From: an uncultured bacterium
Lineage (GTDB): Bacteria; Babelota; Babeliae; Babelales; Babelaceae
Reading direction: 5' to 3'
NCBI GenBank assembly: GCA_963848965.1
Contig: CAWKFG010000004.1
Location: 808,876-872,875 of the forward strand
DNA: 64,000 nucleotides
Shown here: positions 60,498-64,000 of the stretch, one piece after another
Layout of the letters: each line of letters opens with the position of its first letter
How positions within the stretch are numbered: position 1 is the first letter of the stretch
Notes under the pieces: generated by a model
Database searches by the model: none
What the model saw: the letters and a program-made list of their open reading frames with translations, nothing else
Told to the model about the DNA's origin: nothing
Position numbers and translations under genes: made by a program

Positions 60498-62171
60498 ATG
60501 AAATTGCTTCCTATTGGTATAAGCGATTTTAAGACTGTTATAGAGGGTGATTATTACTATGTTGATAAAACGCTTCTCATTAAAGAGCTCTTAGAAAACG
60601 CTGGTCAAGTTGTTCTTATCCCTCGCCCAAGGCGTTTTGGAAAGACACTTAATCTCTCTATGCTTAAATACTTCTTTGAGTCTACACCTACAAGTAACGA
60701 ACATCTTTTCTATAACACACATATCTGGAACGATGAGAAACATAAGGTTAAGCAAGGAAAATACCCTGTTATTTTTTTGACCTTTAAGGGAATTAAAGCA
60801 AATACCTGGTTAGATGCATATGAATATCTTATATTTACTATAGCCCAAGAGTTTCGTCGGCATGCCCCCTCTTTATTACCGCAACTTCCTGATTATGAGA
60901 GAAAAACTTATGAGGCTTTGTTATCAAAAACAGCTTCACAGGTAGAATACAGTCAGAGTCTTTTATTTTTAAGTGAATTACTCAAAAGGTACCATAACCA
61001 ACAAGTTATAGTACTCATTGATGAATATGATGCTCCTATCCATACAGCATATACTCACGGATATTATAAAGAGCTTATAAGTTTCATACAAGGATTACTA
61101 ACTGCTGTACTTAAAGATAATTCTTTTCTCGAACGGGCCATTCTGAGTGGTATCTTACGGACAGCAAAAGAAGGCATCTTTTCAGGACTTAATAACTTGA
61201 GCGTTTTTACCATGCTTAATAGAGAGTTTTGTGATAAATTTGGTTTTACTCCTTATGAAGTTCATGAGCTCCTTAGAAAGCAAGAATTGCTTTTAGAAGA
61301 AGATAATATAAAAAATTGGTATAACGGATATCATGCCAATGGAGCCACACTCTATAACCCTTGGTCTCTTCTTGAGTGCGTGAGAAGTAGAGGGATATTA
61401 AAACCTTATTGGGCTAATACAAGCGATAACTATTTAGTAAAAAAGCTTATAGCTCGAGCTAGTGAAGAAGCTAAAGTTGAATTAGAGTCTTTGTTAGTAG
61501 ACGTCCCTGTTGTAAAAGAAATTGACGAAAGACTTGCTTTTCCTACAATTGAACAAAGTTCAACAGCATTATGGAGTCTTCTCTTATGGACTGGCTATGT
61601 AACGTATAACTTTCACGAAATTAAAGAAGGTAAAGATATCTGTACGCTTATACTTCCTAATAAAGAAATAAAGCTTTTATATAAGCACCTATTACAAGAA
61701 ATTATTGAACAAACTTTACCTAGCTCTCGCTCTAACATTCTTTTTCAAGCGCTTATCGAAGCAAACGTACCTCAAATAGCAGAATTACTCCAAGCATTTG
61801 TACTTAATAGCATGAGCGTGTTTGATATACCAGACACAGAGCCAGAGCGAAGCTATCATCTTTTTGTATTAGGCCTTCTCGTTACAATAAGCGATTACTA
61901 TGAAGTTTCTTCCAATAGAGAAAGTGGTTATGGTAGATATGATATTATGCTTATTCCTAAAGATATGACCAAGCCTGGTTATATCATCGAATTCAAAAAA
62001 GTATCTTCTTTGCAACAAGAAACATTAGAAAATACAGCCCAAAAAGCTCTCGAACAAATAACAGAAAAAAACTATGCTCAAGAGCTTAAAAAACGAGGAA
62101 TTAAAACAATCCTTGCCCTCGGTATAGCATTTAAAGGCAAACAGATACTGCTTAAAGCAAAAAACGTTTAG
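60498..62171 (+). CDS. AAA-ATPase-like protein with PD-(D/E)xK nuclease (PDDEXK_9) domain
   Basis: LPIGISDF, YYVDKT, RPRRFGKTL, LIDEYD, SNRESGYGRYDI..IIEFK. Confidence 0.92.
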   Translation: MKLLPIGISDFKTVIEGDYYYVDKTLLIKELLENAGQVVLIPRPRRFGKTLNLSMLKYFFESTPTSNEHLFYNTHIWNDEKHKVKQGKYPVIFLTFKGIKANTWLDAYEYLIFTIAQEFRRHAPSLLPQLPDYERKTYEALLSKTASQVEYSQSLLFLSELLKRYHNQQVIVLIDEYDAPIHTAYTHGYYKELISFIQGLLTAVLKDNSFLERAILSGILRTAKEGIFSGLNNLSVFTMLNREFCDKFGFTPYEVHELLRKQELLLEEDNIKNWYNGYHANGATLYNPWSLLECVRSRGILKPYWANTSDNYLVKKLIARASEEAKVELESLLVDVPVVKEIDERLAFPTIEQSSTALWSLLLWTGYVTYNFHEIKEGKDICTLILPNKEIKLLYKHLLQEIIEQTLPSSRSNILFQALIEANVPQIAELLQAFVLNSMSVFDIPDTEPERSYHLFVLGLLVTISDYYEVSSNRESGYGRYDIMLIPKDMTKPGYIIEFKKVSSLQQETLENTAQKALEQITEKNYAQELKKRGIKTILALGIAFKGKQILLKAKNV

Positions 62172-62371
62172 TTTCTACCATACTTACTTGGTTAAAAATA
62201 GGCAACTGTTCAGTTTCTTTCCTATTCATGAAATTTCCAAAGCATTGGAAATAGAACCTTTGCTACTTTAGAAGTTTTTATTTTGGTCTACAACAGGAAG
62301 TTATCACTTAGAGCAGTATTGAAATATTCTTAACTCTAGACAATTTTAATTTTCAAGATTAAAATTGTCCA

Positions 62372-63568
62372 ATGAGGTGTAAGGTGATAAAACGAGATAT
62401 AAGTATAAAGCTACAAGCTCTTGTAAAACAGTTTCCAGCAATAGCTGTAGTAGGACCACGCCAATCAGGTAAAACAACGTTGGTTCGTACTTTGTTTCCC
62501 GATTACCATTATTTTTCTTTTGAAGATCCCGATATTCGTGTGTTAGTGCAAGCTGATCCTCGAGGGTTTCTTAATCGCTATAAAGATGAGCACGGAATCA
62601 TTCTTGATGAAGTGCAACATGTTCCCTTTTTGTTTTCCTATATGCAAACGGATATTGATCTTAATAAGAAAATTGGTCATTTTATTGTAACAGGCTCACA
62701 AAATCTTCTAGTCAGTGAAGCTATTACACAAAGCTTAGCAGGCCGTATCGCCATACTGACTCTTTTACCTCTTTCTCTCCATGAGCTTGAGCAAGCTGGC
62801 CAGTTACCAGCAACTCTTGATGAAGCTCTTTTTAAAGGCTCTTATCCAGCTCTTTATACAGAAGCTCAATCTTCTCCTCTTGATTGGTATCGTAGTTATG
62901 TTAATAGTTACTTGGAACGTGATGTAAGAAGTATTAAGAATATTACGGATCTTAGCTTATTTCAAAAGTTTTTAAAACTTTGTGCAGGCCGCGTTGGACG
63001 GCTCCTGGATCTTACTTCATTAAGCAATGATACTGGTATAAGTATTCATGCTGTTAAGCAATGGCTTTCTGTTCTTGAAGCGAGCTATGTTATCTTTCTC
63101 TTGCAACCTTATTATCGAAATGTAGGCACAAGGGTCGTTAAATCGCCTAAGTTGTATTTTTATGATACCGGTGTAGTATGCTCGCTATTATCAATTACTG
63201 ATCCTGGACAACTTTTTACCCATTACTTACGCGGAAGTATTTTTGAGTCATATATTATAGCTGATCTTATTAAACAACGGTATAATAAAGGGCTTAATCC
63301 CGACTGCTATTTCTGGCAAGATAAAGGGGGCGAAGAAGTTGATTGTATTATTGAGCGTGCTCAAGGGCCTCGTGCGCTAGAGATTAAGGCAGGTGAAACA
63401 ATAAACTCCGAATTTTTTAAGAATTTATTGTTGTGGAATAAAGCTGCAGGAACCTCTTTTGAAAGTAATATCCTTGTTTATGGAGGCAACAAAGATTTGC
63501 CTGGTGCGCAAGCTCGCATACTGAGTTGGCGTAGCATAGGAACTCTAGCACTAGAAAAAGAAATGTAA
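62372..63568 (+). CDS. AAA_14 ATPase with DUF4143 domain
   Basis: GPRQSGKTT, LDEVQ, TGS, KSPKLYFYDTG, EVD..LEIK. Confidence 0.92.
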   Translation: MRCKVIKRDISIKLQALVKQFPAIAVVGPRQSGKTTLVRTLFPDYHYFSFEDPDIRVLVQADPRGFLNRYKDEHGIILDEVQHVPFLFSYMQTDIDLNKKIGHFIVTGSQNLLVSEAITQSLAGRIAILTLLPLSLHELEQAGQLPATLDEALFKGSYPALYTEAQSSPLDWYRSYVNSYLERDVRSIKNITDLSLFQKFLKLCAGRVGRLLDLTSLSNDTGISIHAVKQWLSVLEASYVIFLLQPYYRNVGTRVVKSPKLYFYDTGVVCSLLSITDPGQLFTHYLRGSIFESYIIADLIKQRYNKGLNPDCYFWQDKGGEEVDCIIERAQGPRALEIKAGETINSEFFKNLLLWNKAAGTSFESNILVYGGNKDLPGAQARILSWRSIGTLALEKEM

Positions 63569-63572
63569 CACT

Positions 63573-63866
63573 TTAAAGTGATTTTATGGCATAAGGCAGT
63601 ACGATCTCATTTCTTTGCTCATTACGAGCACTACAAGGAGTAAATTTTATGTCTTCAAGAGTTTCTTTGGCAAAAAGCAAACAAGCCAAAATATCCTTCT
63701 CTGCAAGTCGATCATATTCCTGTAAAATTTCTTTTGTTTCTATGCCTTGCGCAAGCAATCCTAAAATATATTGAACTGTAAGACGAGTTCCCTTTACTAG
63801 AGGCTTACCAAGCATTACCTGAGGATCAATAGTAATGCGTTGCAAGAGTTCATGTCTGCTTTTCAT
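63573..63866 (-). CDS. DUF433 antitoxin, second copy without PIN partner
   Basis: Nearly identical to 59018-59275 up to FTP, then an unrelated tail. Confidence 0.85.
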   Translation of the reverse strand: MKSRHELLQRITIDPQVMLGKPLVKGTRLTVQYILGLLAQGIETKEILQEYDRLAEKDILACLLFAKETLEDIKFTPCSARNEQRNEIVLPYAIKSL

Positions 63867-64000
63867 CTCTATCTCCGTAAGCGTAGAAACTACGTCTTAA
63901 AAGACGTAGAGTAGCGGTTGTTATACTAAGCCGGCAGCAAGAGTAAGTTTATACTTACTCTAGGCTGTACGGCAATCTCCCCTTACGGGGGTAAAGTTAG
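63867..64000 (-). mobile_element. Second non-autonomous IscB/omegaRNA element, 3' part (runs off window end)
   Basis: 63974-63998 matches the omegaRNA 3' hairpin at 51606-51630 (24/25 nt); end hairpin CTACGTCTTTTAAGACGTAG-TTTC..CGCTTACGGAG..|ATGA; no iscB in between. Confidence 0.8.

Noticed and set aside
1..64000. CRISPR array, tRNA or rRNA
   Set aside because: No regularly spaced repeats or recognisable structural RNA genes; the repeats seen are paralogs or element ends.

Overview
AT-rich bacterial accessory region dominated by paralogous, signal-peptide-bearing, eukaryote-like proteins. The gene content suggests an intracellular protist parasite such as Ca. Babelota/Dependentiae (TM6); this assignment is an inference. 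Paralog families: five ankyrin proteins sharing a C-terminal domain, two ankyrin-MYND proteins, six proteins with an HPD-less J-like domain, five TraB/Tiki/EreA-like proteins, two alpha/beta hydrolases, two NlpC/P60 proteins and WD40 proteins. Other loci: a pentameric ligand-gated ion channel next to pseudo-phosphatase/periplasmic-binding-protein fusions, a polymorphic toxin-immunity locus, three AAA ATPases, a DUF433/DUF5615 TA pair, and an IS1202-type IS with a 17-bp target duplication plus a truncated copy. The main hidden feature is not in the ORF track: non-autonomous IscB (OMEGA/HEARO) elements. One is complete (51361-51843, omegaRNA-like scaffold plus internally deleted iscB), one runs off the window end, and two are end remnants. 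All four end exactly at the ATGA of a host start codon, so the element end becomes the gene's translation-initiation region. No rRNA, tRNA or CRISPR array was seen.
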